A DNA stretch of 52,500 bases from a virus (lineage: Duplodnaviria > Caudoviricetes): the IMG/VR virus record IMGVR_UViG_3300025138_000057, positions 1 to 52,500 of that record, one strand, 5' to 3'. The position numbers and the translations under genes were made by a program. Below, one piece after another: positions 9,764 to 19,276 of the stretch (within the stretch, counting starts at the first letter, position 1; each line of letters opens with the position of its first letter). The notes under the pieces were generated by a model, which saw only the letters and a program-made list of their open reading frames with translations, made no database searches and was not told the DNA's origin.

Positions 9764-12034
9764 TTATTGTATTTGACGAGAATTTAAAGAAATTCCAGTT
9801 CCAATATTAGTACTATCTATTTTAATGGTACCTTTTGTATTTACTAATTGACCTAATAGAACATTAGTTGTTTTTAATTCTCTTGATACTGTATCATTTG
9901 ATGTACCAAGAGAGGTTGATAACATTGAATCTCTACCAGCTGGAGGAGAATATATGTCTCCCATTGCTGAAGAATTATTTCCACTATTTATGTTTTGCCC
10001 ACTAACTCCTCTGCTTACATCAGATGCCGCCCCTAATATACCACCTATTATTGCACCAGGTGGTCCACCTATAAGTGCTCCTGTTGCTATTCCTGATATT
10101 GTTCCCATTATAGGGCTTAATAGTTTAGTAATTCCCCCTATTATATCAAAAACAAACCCTAACACTTCTAATAAAGGAGTAAATGCCGCAACAGCATCTA
10201 CTAATAAATCCTGTAGTTTTTCTAAAGTTTTATTAAATTTATCAGCTGCAGTTTGTGATTCTAATCTTTGTGCTAAATCTTCTTTACCTAAAGCTCTTAA
10301 TTCTTTTGCAGATTTATTTTGGATTTCTTGTTGGGCTAATAAATCTGAAGCTGCGTCTCTTGATAAACCAAAAGCTGCTGCTAGCATTTCTTGTTCAATA
10401 CGACCCATTTTACTAAATTCAGTAAAACTACCTAATTGTTTAGTTAATTCTTCGGCTAATTCTCCTAACCTATTTTCATTAGCTAATAATCTTGCTCTAC
10501 TAAATTCTAATTGCCTCCCAGTTACTACTTGGGCTCCTAATTCTGCTGTGATAGAAGATTCAAAATCTACTAAAGAACTTGCTATACCATCTACTACACT
10601 TAAAGAAGTACCTAATAATTTAGCTTTGGTTACTGCTGATGCTATTTCTTCATTACTACCCGCAAAAGATACTCTAATAGCATTAGAAACTTTAGCTACA
10701 TCTTCTAATATTTGTCTATTATCAAACTGTATTCCATTTTGTCTTTGAAGTTCATAACTAGTACCTAAAATAGTTTTATAACTATCTTTAAAGTTTTCAC
10801 CATTAATTTCAGCATTTGCAGCTAACATATTAGCTGCTTCAGCACTTATTCCTACTACTTCTGTTAATTTAGTAGCAGTAACTAAAGTTTGGTCAGAAAA
10901 ATTAGTTATAAAACCAAATTGTTTGTTTAGCGCACTAAAAGTTTTTAATAATTTGGAAGATGTAATATTAATATCACCCGTAGAGACAGCTATGTTTGAG
11001 AATCTATTTCTTAATTCTGTAGCCTCCATCACATTAAGTGATAAAGATTTTTGTAATTCTACTACTTGTTTATTTGCTTGGAATAAAGCAATAGCTATAT
11101 TTAAGGGACCTAAAAGCTGTTTTAAAATAGGACGTAAAGCTTTTAACCCAGCTAAAAATACACTAGAACCTTTTGCTGCCTTACCTAATATTGGTGGGAT
11201 TTGATTTGCTAATAAAGTATTAGCTCTTCTAGTAGCTGCAGTACCTGCTAATATTTTTCCATTTTTATCTAAAAATTTACTTTCTAAACCTAAAGATTTT
11301 ATTTTACTACGGGTTAGTCCATCAGCTTTTGAAAGAGATTGTAATGATTGTTTTTCTAGATTAAAAGTACCTAATTGAGCTTGGTATTTATCATTTTCTA
11401 ATTGGACATTAATTTCATTATCTCTAGCTTGTTGTTTAGCTGCATTAGCAGCTTCTTGAAATCCAGGTGCTATTTTATTTAAACCTGGGATAGCTTTAGC
11501 TACATCACTAAGACCACTAAATATTTTTACCCCAGAATTTTTATTAATTTTATTCTGAAATTTTATTGCGTCCTGTAGTCCTTTATTAAAAACTTCTTGT
11601 TGAGAAATAGTATTATTTAAAACACCTAAATTTTCTCCCTGTAAATCCCCAAATTGTTGGACAAAACCAAGATTTCTAAATAATTGATCTCCTCTATTTT
11701 GAAGATTTATTATTTCTTTAGCACTAAGTTCATTATTTCCTCTTTGAACATCTAAAAATTTATCGGCTACTCCTACAATACCTTTTAATGAGGATTTGGA
11801 TAAATTTAAGAAATAATTTTGTTTAGTAAGTTCTGATACACTATTTTTAAATGAATCAGAAATGAAACTTAAATCACTATTTATAGCAACAAGCTCAGAT
11901 TTTAACCCTCTTAATGCTACTCTAGCATCTTCAATTTCATTAGCTAAAAAAGATTTAGTTGAAGTTTTACCTAATTGATCCCGTAGATCAGCAATGTCCT
12001 TATTTAATTTTCTTATTTCGTCAGATGCAGCCAT
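9764..12034 (-). CDS. Tape measure protein
   Basis: 756 aa, Ala/Leu/Gln-rich helical sequence with a Gly-rich hydrophobic C-terminal stretch; follows tube and chaperone genes. Confidence 0.8.
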   Translation of the reverse strand: MAASDEIRKLNKDIADLRDQLGKTSTKSFLANEIEDARVALRGLKSELVAINSDLSFISDSFKNSVSELTKQNYFLNLSKSSLKGIVGVADKFLDVQRGNNELSAKEIINLQNRGDQLFRNLGFVQQFGDLQGENLGVLNNTISQQEVFNKGLQDAIKFQNKINKNSGVKIFSGLSDVAKAIPGLNKIAPGFQEAANAAKQQARDNEINVQLENDKYQAQLGTFNLEKQSLQSLSKADGLTRSKIKSLGLESKFLDKNGKILAGTAATRRANTLLANQIPPILGKAAKGSSVFLAGLKALRPILKQLLGPLNIAIALFQANKQVVELQKSLSLNVMEATELRNRFSNIAVSTGDINITSSKLLKTFSALNKQFGFITNFSDQTLVTATKLTEVVGISAEAANMLAANAEINGENFKDSYKTILGTSYELQRQNGIQFDNRQILEDVAKVSNAIRVSFAGSNEEIASAVTKAKLLGTSLSVVDGIASSLVDFESSITAELGAQVVTGRQLEFSRARLLANENRLGELAEELTKQLGSFTEFSKMGRIEQEMLAAAFGLSRDAASDLLAQQEIQNKSAKELRALGKEDLAQRLESQTAADKFNKTLEKLQDLLVDAVAAFTPLLEVLGFVFDIIGGITKLLSPIMGTISGIATGALIGGPPGAIIGGILGAASDVSRGVSGQNINSGNNSSAMGDIYSPPAGRDSMLSTSLGTSNDTVSRELKTTNVLLGQLVNTKGTIKIDSTNIGTGISLNSRQIQ

Positions 12035-12058
12035 ATAAAATTATATGTTATAAATATT

Positions 12059-12085
12059 AAAAAAGGCAACTATTTATAGTTGCTC
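12059..12085 (-). terminator. Intrinsic terminator overlapping the stop of the frameshift ORF
   Basis: Minus strand GCAACTA-TAAA-TAGTTGC followed by CTTTTTT. Confidence 0.6.
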
Positions 12086-12363
12086 TTTCCTTTATATTCC
12101 TTAGAAACATTACTAAATGCGGGCGCATTTACTTTACCATCTGCGTTTATTAGCGTAGTTTTATTAGGGTCATTCTTAGGTTTATTAACCTCGTCATAAT
12201 AATCTTTTATTTCTTTAAATACAAAATTTCTTAAAAAGATAGGTAAATCATAAACATCAACCCATGAATATCCTCCATTCCCATGGAATACTATTTCATG
12301 TATAGCTTTATATAAATTTCTCCTAGTTTGAGGTGCTGTTTCAAGCGTCAGGCCAAAAAAACC
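12070..12363 (-). CDS. Start-less 97-codon ORF; C-terminal extension of the tail assembly chaperone by programmed frameshift (G/GT-like, gp51-like)
   Basis: Not in the ORF track. Reads GFFGLTLETAPQTRRNLYKAIHEIVFHGNGGYSWVDVYDLPIFLRNFVFKEIKDYY...SNYK*. No in-frame ATG/GTG/TTG; overlaps the chaperone end at GGG TTT TTT TGG. Confidence 0.75.
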   Translation of the reverse strand, partial: GFFGLTLETAPQTRRNLYKAIHEIVFHGNGGYSWVDVYDLPIFLRNFVFKEIKDYYDEVNKPKNDPNKTTLINADGKVNAPAFSNVSKEYKGKSNYK

Positions 12364-13066
12364 CTATCCCTATAGGGATATCTACCTCCTCTCCGCTATC
12401 CAAAGTATAAGATAAATCTACATCTGGTTGGGTTTTTTTAATATGATCTCTAAATGCTCTAGAGTCAATAGCTAAAAAATAATTATCTACAAAATCTCTT
12501 ATAGATTTTCTTTCTGTTTCTCCATCAACGGATTGAATCATATATTTTAAGCGGGTTGATAATTCGGGGGAAACATCAGGATTAATCTTTTTTAAGCCTT
12601 CAATTTCATTAGAAACTTTATCTTCATCATGACCATCTAATATTTTATAAGTAATATTATTTTCACTATTAGGCAAGGTAAAAGAAAATTCATTTATTCC
12701 CTTTTTATATAGGGATTCATCAAAAATTTTATTATCTATTTTTGATAAATCAATATTTTGTTGTTTTCCTTTATAATTGAAACTATAGTTTTTACCATAT
12801 CCTAAAACACGGGCAGCTACTAGTAGAGCATTTTTATCTCCTACTATTAGATCTTTAATTTTTATTTTAGATACTACCATAGATTCTAGTAATTTATCTA
12901 AAACAGTACCTTTTGCAATATAATTTTGATTAGTTAAAATATCTTCTTCCTTAGCGGTCATATATTTTATTTCTACTTCACCTTTAGATAAAGGATTATC
13001 TTCAGGATATATTAATCCTTTAGAGGGTAATTCTATTACTTCTGTTGGGAATTTAAATTCGGCCAT
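12341..13066 (-). CDS. Tail assembly chaperone / T4 gp26-like baseplate hub assembly protein
   Basis: ELPSKG..Y, MTAKEEDIL, GDKNALLVAAR, ending GFFWPDA; between tube and tape measure genes. Confidence 0.75.
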   Translation of the reverse strand: MAEFKFPTEVIELPSKGLIYPEDNPLSKGEVEIKYMTAKEEDILTNQNYIAKGTVLDKLLESMVVSKIKIKDLIVGDKNALLVAARVLGYGKNYSFNYKGKQQNIDLSKIDNKIFDESLYKKGINEFSFTLPNSENNITYKILDGHDEDKVSNEIEGLKKINPDVSPELSTRLKYMIQSVDGETERKSIRDFVDNYFLAIDSRAFRDHIKKTQPDVDLSYTLDSGEEVDIPIGIGFFWPDA

Positions 13067-13113
13067 AATCTTTATTTAATTAAAACGTTTTTATCGTTGA
13101 TACATATTAATGT

Positions 13114-13139
13114 AAAAAAAAAGCTTGGCAAAGCCAAGC
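13114..13139 (-). terminator. Intrinsic terminator after the tail tube gene
   Basis: Minus strand GCTTGGC-TTT-GCCAAGC followed by T9. Confidence 0.85.
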
Positions 13140-13168
13140 AATTTTCTGAGGTATAAGGGGTAAAGTTT

Positions 13169-13657
13169 TTAGAAGTTCAATACACAATAATCTGGTTGAA
13201 CTGTCAATAATAATTCTTGGGCACTATTTTCAGTATCCCAATTAAAATCTCCAAAGTTAGCTTCAGTAATTAAAGCTCCCTTAATAATCCATTCCGAAAC
13301 TACATCACCAACAGGTCCTAGTACGTTCATAGTTAAATCTTTTTTATAGAAATCACTATAACCATCTCTACCAGTTACTGATTCGTGGTGTAAACGTACC
13401 CATTCCATTATGGCTTGGGCACCTGAAGGGGTAACAGGATCAAATAATGTAAATTGTATTTGTCCCCAAACAGATTTACCTTTTACATAACGTTGTACGT
13501 TAATATGATTTAAAGGTACTACTCCTTGGGTTAATGTTACTGCTCCTACACCTTTTACCATGAATGCTGGGAAACCATCTATCAGCATTAAGAATCTATT
13601 CTTTTGTTTTGGTTCAAAAGGTGTAAAAAATATTTCGTTTGGGGATATAATTGCCAT
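13169..13657 (-). CDS. Tail tube protein (T4 gp19-like)
   Basis: FEPKQKNRF, YVKGKSVW..TLFDP, YKKDL..LGPVGDVVSEW; directly after the sheath gene. Confidence 0.85.
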   Translation of the reverse strand: MAIISPNEIFFTPFEPKQKNRFLMLIDGFPAFMVKGVGAVTLTQGVVPLNHINVQRYVKGKSVWGQIQFTLFDPVTPSGAQAIMEWVRLHHESVTGRDGYSDFYKKDLTMNVLGPVGDVVSEWIIKGALITEANFGDFNWDTENSAQELLLTVQPDYCVLNF

Positions 13658-13703
13658 TTTTATTTATGTTTTTATCTATTATAAATATTTATCTTTTTAG
13701 TTT

Positions 13704-15725
13704 TTATGATGGAAAAGTAGCTCCAGTTGGTAATACATTGAAATCTAATATTATAAATTCAGCAGTTCTAGTTGGTTGTAAGAATATTTGTCCTACTAAC
13801 TCATTTCTATCTACTACATCTGGTGTATTATTAGTTTCATCCATTACTACTCTAAAAGCAAATAATCCTTGTCTTTGTTGAACACTTTCTAAATACGGAT
13901 TAACTTGTGTTAAGAAATTGTTTCTAGTAGCTAAACTGTTTTGTTCAAATACTAAATTATCAGCAATTTGTGAAATAAATGATTTAAGAGAAATTAATAA
14001 TCTTCTAACATTTATTCTATCTAATGCACTAGCTCTTTTCTGTAACGTTTTCTGACCAAATATTACAACTCCTCTTCCTGGGAATGTAGCAATAGGATTA
14101 ATATTAGCTTCATATAAAGCATCACGGTTTGATGTTGTTAATCTTCTTTCAGCTCTAACAACTTGTCCCATTCCACCTCTAGTAATACCTGCGGGTGCGA
14201 ACCATGGGTCACTTGAAGCATCTGTAAATGCATACACTCCAGGAACCATTGTTGAAGCGGGAACAAAAACTAATTCATTACCTTCCGTTTCAATTACTTG
14301 TAACCAAGGCCAATATGTTGCAGCATAACTATTATCAAATGATGCTACTCTTGAAATTACTCCATTAATTTGAGTATTATAATCTACTAAATCAATTATA
14401 GCCATATTGTCTCCTCTACTAAGGGCATTTTGAACTACATTAGTAATTTGAGCAGAATGTTGTGATTGTAGTAAACCTGGTACTGTTATTAAATTATATT
14501 TATATTCATCTACATTAGATAATAATGAGATTGCATCGTTATAATCTGAGCCTATTAATCCTTGAGTATCCGTAGAATTAATATCTTTATAATAATTAGC
14601 AGCTCTACCTACTGGTATATTAGAACCAACAGCTCCATCAAATGAACCTGATTGTACTAATGGAAAAGATCCTGTAAATTCATTTTTTGGATTGCCCGCA
14701 TTATCAAAATATTTAGGAGTTCTTTTATTTACTGATTTTACTCTTATATATTTTGAAATATTAGGGAATGAACCCGTTGATTGTATAAAATAGTCAGTAC
14801 CATCTTGAACTAAATTATAATTAACATCACCAATAACTTTTGGTAAATAATTAGATGAGAATGGGTCTAAAGATAAGTTATTATACGATTCTAGTACTAC
14901 TTTTTCATTATTTTTATCATCACCTCTACGTACTAGTAAACTAAATTGGCCTGAACTAGTATTTACACTAGATACTTCCCATCTTACATTATCTTTAGAA
15001 CCGGATCTTAAAGCACCGCTTCCTATTTCTCCAGCAACAAAATTATTCATTATACCACCTTCAGAAATAGTTTCAATTTCAAATGAACTAGTGACATTAA
15101 AAATAGCATTATTAGGATCACTTGGTAAAGTAATAGTTAAATCAGAACCTGAAGTTGCACCCATTGAACCTGAAAATATTGTATAAACATCTCCCGGAGC
15201 ATATCCTGAACCTGGGTTATTGCCTACAGTAATAGAACTAATTGTACCACCTGGATTACCAGATAATACTACTGTTGCTGTAGCACCCGTTCCGACACCA
15301 TCTGAAGATGTAAGTGGAACATTAGCATGAGTTGCGTTACTACCACTCTCAATACCCGACCCAAAAGAAGTAAGTACTGCAGCAGCTGCAAAAGGATCAC
15401 CTCCTATACTTTGAGCACTTGAAGCAGTTGCTTCACTAAAAGAACCACTAGTAACACGAGTTACGGTTAAAGTAGTTCCTCCGTTTTGAAAATAATTATT
15501 TGCTGAAATAGAAGTTAGGTAAGAATAAATTCTTGATCCACTTTCTAATCCTCCACCAAAAATAGATAAATAGTCACTGTATGAACTAACTATTGTTGGT
15601 ACTTCTACTGGTCCTTTTACTGTAGGCCCTACAATAGCTGCTCCTCTTTGTTGAGGTTGACCCGTTATAAACGATTGGTCATTTTCTCTTGCTAATACAC
15701 CTGGAGATAATATAGTCTCTGCCAT
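13704..15725 (-). CDS. Contractile tail sheath protein (T4 gp18-like)
   Basis: SPGVLAREND N-terminus, PWFAPAG, INPI, GQKTL, RINVRRL, PTRTAEFI. Confidence 0.95.
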   Translation of the reverse strand: MAETILSPGVLARENDQSFITGQPQQRGAAIVGPTVKGPVEVPTIVSSYSDYLSIFGGGLESGSRIYSYLTSISANNYFQNGGTTLTVTRVTSGSFSEATASSAQSIGGDPFAAAAVLTSFGSGIESGSNATHANVPLTSSDGVGTGATATVVLSGNPGGTISSITVGNNPGSGYAPGDVYTIFSGSMGATSGSDLTITLPSDPNNAIFNVTSSFEIETISEGGIMNNFVAGEIGSGALRSGSKDNVRWEVSSVNTSSGQFSLLVRRGDDKNNEKVVLESYNNLSLDPFSSNYLPKVIGDVNYNLVQDGTDYFIQSTGSFPNISKYIRVKSVNKRTPKYFDNAGNPKNEFTGSFPLVQSGSFDGAVGSNIPVGRAANYYKDINSTDTQGLIGSDYNDAISLLSNVDEYKYNLITVPGLLQSQHSAQITNVVQNALSRGDNMAIIDLVDYNTQINGVISRVASFDNSYAATYWPWLQVIETEGNELVFVPASTMVPGVYAFTDASSDPWFAPAGITRGGMGQVVRAERRLTTSNRDALYEANINPIATFPGRGVVIFGQKTLQKRASALDRINVRRLLISLKSFISQIADNLVFEQNSLATRNNFLTQVNPYLESVQQRQGLFAFRVVMDETNNTPDVVDRNELVGQIFLQPTRTAEFIILDFNVLPTGATFPS

Positions 15726-15784
15726 CTTTATGTTTTATTTTAAAAATTTATTTTGTTATAAATATGACAACCCTTAGTAAAAAA

Positions 15785-16039
15785 CTATTTTGATTTAGTA
15801 AATTCTCCTGTTTCTAGGTTAATATTACCTTCACCATATTCTTTTTGTAATTTTTTGCCTATTTTATCTTGTTCCTCCTGCAAATCCGCTAATTGGGTAA
15901 GAACTTCACTTCTTTGTCCTTCTACTATAGCTTTTTGAAAATCAACTTGACCTAGGACAAAAACTAGTTCATTGCTTGATTTTTGATAACTTTTTAATTG
16001 ACTTAATGTTTCTTCTGATAACTTAATGACTTCACTCAT
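15785..16039 (-). CDS. Small coiled-coil protein (84 aa)
   Basis: Coiled coil ending KEYGEGNINLETGEF; has its own ATATTTATA motif. Confidence 0.7.
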   Translation of the reverse strand: MSEVIKLSEETLSQLKSYQKSSNELVFVLGQVDFQKAIVEGQRSEVLTQLADLQEEQDKIGKKLQKEYGEGNINLETGEFTKSK

Positions 16040-16085
16040 GTTTTTATTGTTTGATGTTTATAAATATATATTTTTACTTTAAAAA

Positions 16086-16961
16086 TTATTGTTTGTTTAC
16101 TGATTCTATGATTTTATTTATATTAAATATTTCTCCTAGATCATTATAGGCAATAGACGAAACATCTTGCGCTAGGCCAAATGGTTGGTATATTGCTTGT
16201 TGATCTTGGGGTGTTTTTGTAAAAGGATTCGCTAAAATATTATCATGCATTTTATAACCAAATATTTCAGGTTTAGTTGTAACCCAACAAACTGTAGATT
16301 TTTTATTTACTGATGCTGATAAATGTTGAGCAAAAGAATCTATTAATAAACGTTTAGTAGATAGTTTTAATAAAATAGCTATACTTCTAAAACCATCTAG
16401 TGCTTGCATAGTGTCGGGATAAATTTTCTGATCCTGTCTTTTTATATGTACTATTGTATAATCATTTTTATAATAATTGATTAATTCTAATATTGTAGGT
16501 TCAGGTAAATCTCTTGTCCATGAATATTGAAATCCTTGTTCTGCTGGGCCTCCATTAGTTTGTAGGGCTAAGATAGGCTTATCTACTTGGTAAAATGGGG
16601 TAAAATAATCTATCTCGGGTTGTGTTAAATAAATTTCTGGTTGTTCTCCCCCATAGCTTAATCCATAAATTTTACACCATACTCTAAGTAATTGATGTTT
16701 TTCTAGGATAAAATCACTATTACGATAAGGATCCTCTATAAAAACTTTACATTCTTGGTTTTTAATATATTTAGGATACATACCATTAATTTGGTCTGTT
16801 CTATAAACTTTTGTAATAAGGGGATTATTTAAAAATACATCTGGGTAAGCCGTTACAATAAATAAGTTTGCATTTTTGTAACGTTTTTTTATGACTTTTA
16901 CCATTGCAGTAGCCATAATAGATTTTCCTAGACCCCCGTCTATTTGAAATATAATATTCAT
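16086..16961 (-). CDS. GT-B glycosyltransferase (GT9/heptosyltransferase-like)
   Basis: N-terminal GGLGKSIMAT (GxGD-like) and C-terminal IDSFAQHLSAS (DSgxxHlAaa-like). Confidence 0.7.
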   Translation of the reverse strand: MNIIFQIDGGLGKSIMATAMVKVIKKRYKNANLFIVTAYPDVFLNNPLITKVYRTDQINGMYPKYIKNQECKVFIEDPYRNSDFILEKHQLLRVWCKIYGLSYGGEQPEIYLTQPEIDYFTPFYQVDKPILALQTNGGPAEQGFQYSWTRDLPEPTILELINYYKNDYTIVHIKRQDQKIYPDTMQALDGFRSIAILLKLSTKRLLIDSFAQHLSASVNKKSTVCWVTTKPEIFGYKMHDNILANPFTKTPQDQQAIYQPFGLAQDVSSIAYNDLGEIFNINKIIESVNKQ

Positions 16962-16980
16962 AACTATTTAATTAAAAGAT

Positions 16981-17316
16981 TTAGTTGTCCCAAGGCATAC
17001 CGTAAGAAGATGTTACATTACTAACTGCTATTATGTTAGAAGCAATTGATGAAGATAATTCTTCTTGTATTTCAGTAACTTTACTAGATCCTAAATCAGT
17101 TTGAACCCACCCCATAACAATTTCTTCTGTTAAGTCAGCATAGGGAACAAAATCCTTATCTGATGGGTCTCCTGTTATAGACATTTCATCTAATTTTCTT
17201 GAACTAAATTCTCCTTCACTACCTGAATAGTGTGTAAAGCATCCATAATCAATATCATATACTACCCCATTTGAGGTGTTATGTTGCATGTTAGTAATTC
17301 TCCAAGTATAATTCAT
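16981..17316 (-). CDS. Small tail-fibre-associated protein (111 aa)
   Basis: YTWRI..FVPYADLTEEIVMGWV..GMPW pattern typical of small phage fibre-associated proteins. Confidence 0.6.
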   Translation of the reverse strand: MNYTWRITNMQHNTSNGVVYDIDYGCFTHYSGSEGEFSSRKLDEMSITGDPSDKDFVPYADLTEEIVMGWVQTDLGSSKVTEIQEELSSSIASNIIAVSNVTSSYGMPWDN

Positions 17317-17375
17317 AGTGTATTGTATTGTGTTATTTTATTATAAATATATAGAACTTAACCAATAATAAAGAA

Positions 17376-17407
17376 CTAATATATAAAAATTAATTTAAAT
17401 ATCCAAA
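17376..17407 (-). promoter_or_regulatory. Bacteroidota sigma-type promoter (TTTG-N20-TATATTAG)
   Basis: Minus strand TTTG gatatttaaattaattttta TATATTAG. Confidence 0.7.
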
Positions 17408-17412
17408 TTATT

Positions 17413-18471
17413 TTAAAATTTAAATTCATTTATATTATCTGAGTTTCTTTTTATATTAATTGCTTTACATGATGGAAAAGGGTTAGAATTAGCAAAGTCG
17501 TTAATTATAGTTCTTTTTGAATGATTTAATCCCATAATTAATTTATCGTAAGGTATTTCTTTTTTAAATAACTCTACTATAGTTTCTTGTTCGTACTCTT
17601 CCGGTCGGCTAGTGGTTAATACTATTTGAGTAGTGTCTTTATTATACATCTCTCTAAGCCATTTTATATTATTAACTAAAGGTTTTCCATTTCCTATATA
17701 TGGTGGAAATTTGTATGAAGTATTTTCTATTAACGTACCGTCTATATCTACAAATAAAGTATTGTATGTAGATTTATACCTATTCCAATCTTCTACAGTA
17801 CCCCAATCTTTATATTCTGAACAAGGTTGACCATAGAATACCTTATCGTTTAACATCATATTATAAATAATATTACTTACATAACATTCACCTTCTAAAT
17901 CCTTAATTTCTTCAAAGCTATCTATAAAATCTTTAGAAGAATTAAAAGAATAGCCTCCAATTGAAAAAGTAGGGCTAATGATAGACTTTTCAACTATGTT
18001 AGTAATAATATTATTTTCATCTAATTTAATGTAGCTTTTATTACTTGGATTTATATTATTAGTTTTATGTAGATTATAGTAACTTACTTTATTAACAGTA
18101 TCTATAAACTCACACTTAAAGTAATTATCAGAATCTTTAACAGTAATAAATCCATGTATATCATTCTCTATTATTGCTTTATAAACAGTTTCTGATTGAG
18201 ACGATGTTTCTTTATCTAGGTATATTAATTCAGTTTTATTTAGTAAATTTAAATCATTTAACTCTTGTTTAAATCCTTTTTCAAAACTATACTCATCTTG
18301 GTGCTTTTTTAAAGCAACAAAGTAAATTTTATCAAAAAATTCTAGATTAATGCCCCGTATGCTCTCTATCCCCATAAACAGTCCACTTTTAGGATGAGTC
18401 AACATCCATTTAGGTCTGGTATTAGGAAATCTAGAAGATTTACCTGCTATAGGAATTATTAAACTCTTCAT
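17413..18471 (-). CDS. Sugar-nucleotidyltransferase fused to a HAD phosphatase (capsule biosynthesis BcbE/BcbF-like)
   Basis: IIPIAGKSSRF..PKWML NTP-transferase motif, DWGT, then HAD motif FVDIDGTL and LTTSRP. Confidence 0.8.
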   Translation of the reverse strand: MKSLIIPIAGKSSRFPNTRPKWMLTHPKSGLFMGIESIRGINLEFFDKIYFVALKKHQDEYSFEKGFKQELNDLNLLNKTELIYLDKETSSQSETVYKAIIENDIHGFITVKDSDNYFKCEFIDTVNKVSYYNLHKTNNINPSNKSYIKLDENNIITNIVEKSIISPTFSIGGYSFNSSKDFIDSFEEIKDLEGECYVSNIIYNMMLNDKVFYGQPCSEYKDWGTVEDWNRYKSTYNTLFVDIDGTLIENTSYKFPPYIGNGKPLVNNIKWLREMYNKDTTQIVLTTSRPEEYEQETIVELFKKEIPYDKLIMGLNHSKRTIINDFANSNPFPSCKAINIKRNSDNINEFKF

Positions 18472-19276
18472 AATAATTTGAATTAGTTATAAATTTATCT
18501 AAAATTAATTTTTGTTTTTTTGTTTTCAAATAAGGTTCTATTCTTAACCAATTTAATATAGTAATAATTTTTGTAAATTCCAAATCATAGTAATTATTAA
18601 ACTGGGAGTATATCTTATCCCATAGGTATTTAAAACTCTGCCTTATTCTCAGGTTACTTTCATTAATATCTAATACCCAACCGTGTTTTAAGTCTTGTTG
18701 CAGCTTTACTAAGTCTACTATAATAGTGTCTATGTAAGAATCTAAAAAATCTATACAACATACCCTACCTTTAAAAAAGATCATATTAGCAACAGAAAAG
18801 TCACCATGACATGAGCTTTTAGGTATGTTATTAAAAGTAGTTTTATTGCAAATATTTTCTAAAAAAACTAAATAATTTTTATATTTAGAATTAGTTTTTA
18901 AGCTTTGGGTTTTATTTAGTATTTTATTTTTAACTTCGGTTGGGTCCCAAAATTGTGAAGTACTAAGTAAGTTTTTCATATATAAAGATAGAGAGTAAAA
19001 TATTGAATCTAAATCTTCTTTACTACACTTACTAAAAAACTCTTTATAACTTTCCCCTGGGATATATTGCATATCGAAGTATTGATTATTGTAACCTAGT
19101 ACTGAGGGAGTAAAAAGAACATTATCTTTATTTATACTACCAAATTTAATTTGCTTATCGATCTGAATCTTAAATCTTTCAGTAAAGCTGCCAGTTGGGC
19201 AATATTTTCTAATAACTTTACCGGATATTAACTTTAATTCTGATCCGGAAAGTCCTATATTAATATCCGTCTTCAT
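18440..19276 (-). CDS. APH/choline-kinase-like phosphotransferase
   Basis: GLSGS P-loop-like, CHGDFSVANM, CIDF. Likely start at ATG 19276 (ORF track extends to 19333). Confidence 0.75.
   Translation of the reverse strand: MKTDINIGLSGSELKLISGKVIRKYCPTGSFTERFKIQIDKQIKFGSINKDNVLFTPSVLGYNNQYFDMQYIPGESYKEFFSKCSKEDLDSIFYSLSLYMKNLLSTSQFWDPTEVKNKILNKTQSLKTNSKYKNYLVFLENICNKTTFNNIPKSSCHGDFSVANMIFFKGRVCCIDFLDSYIDTIIVDLVKLQQDLKHGWVLDINESNLRIRQSFKYLWDKIYSQFNNYYDLEFTKIITILNWLRIEPYLKTKKQKLILDKFITNSNYYEEFNNSYSR

Noticed and set aside
9954-11204. Plus-strand ORFs of 264 and 93 aa
   Set aside because: Antisense shadows of the tape measure gene with no protein-family motifs
12384-12390. AGGAGG upstream of the frameshift site as a Shine-Dalgarno stimulator
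   Set aside because: About 23 nt from the U-run, explained by Glu-Glu-Val codons, and the other genes lack SD motifs
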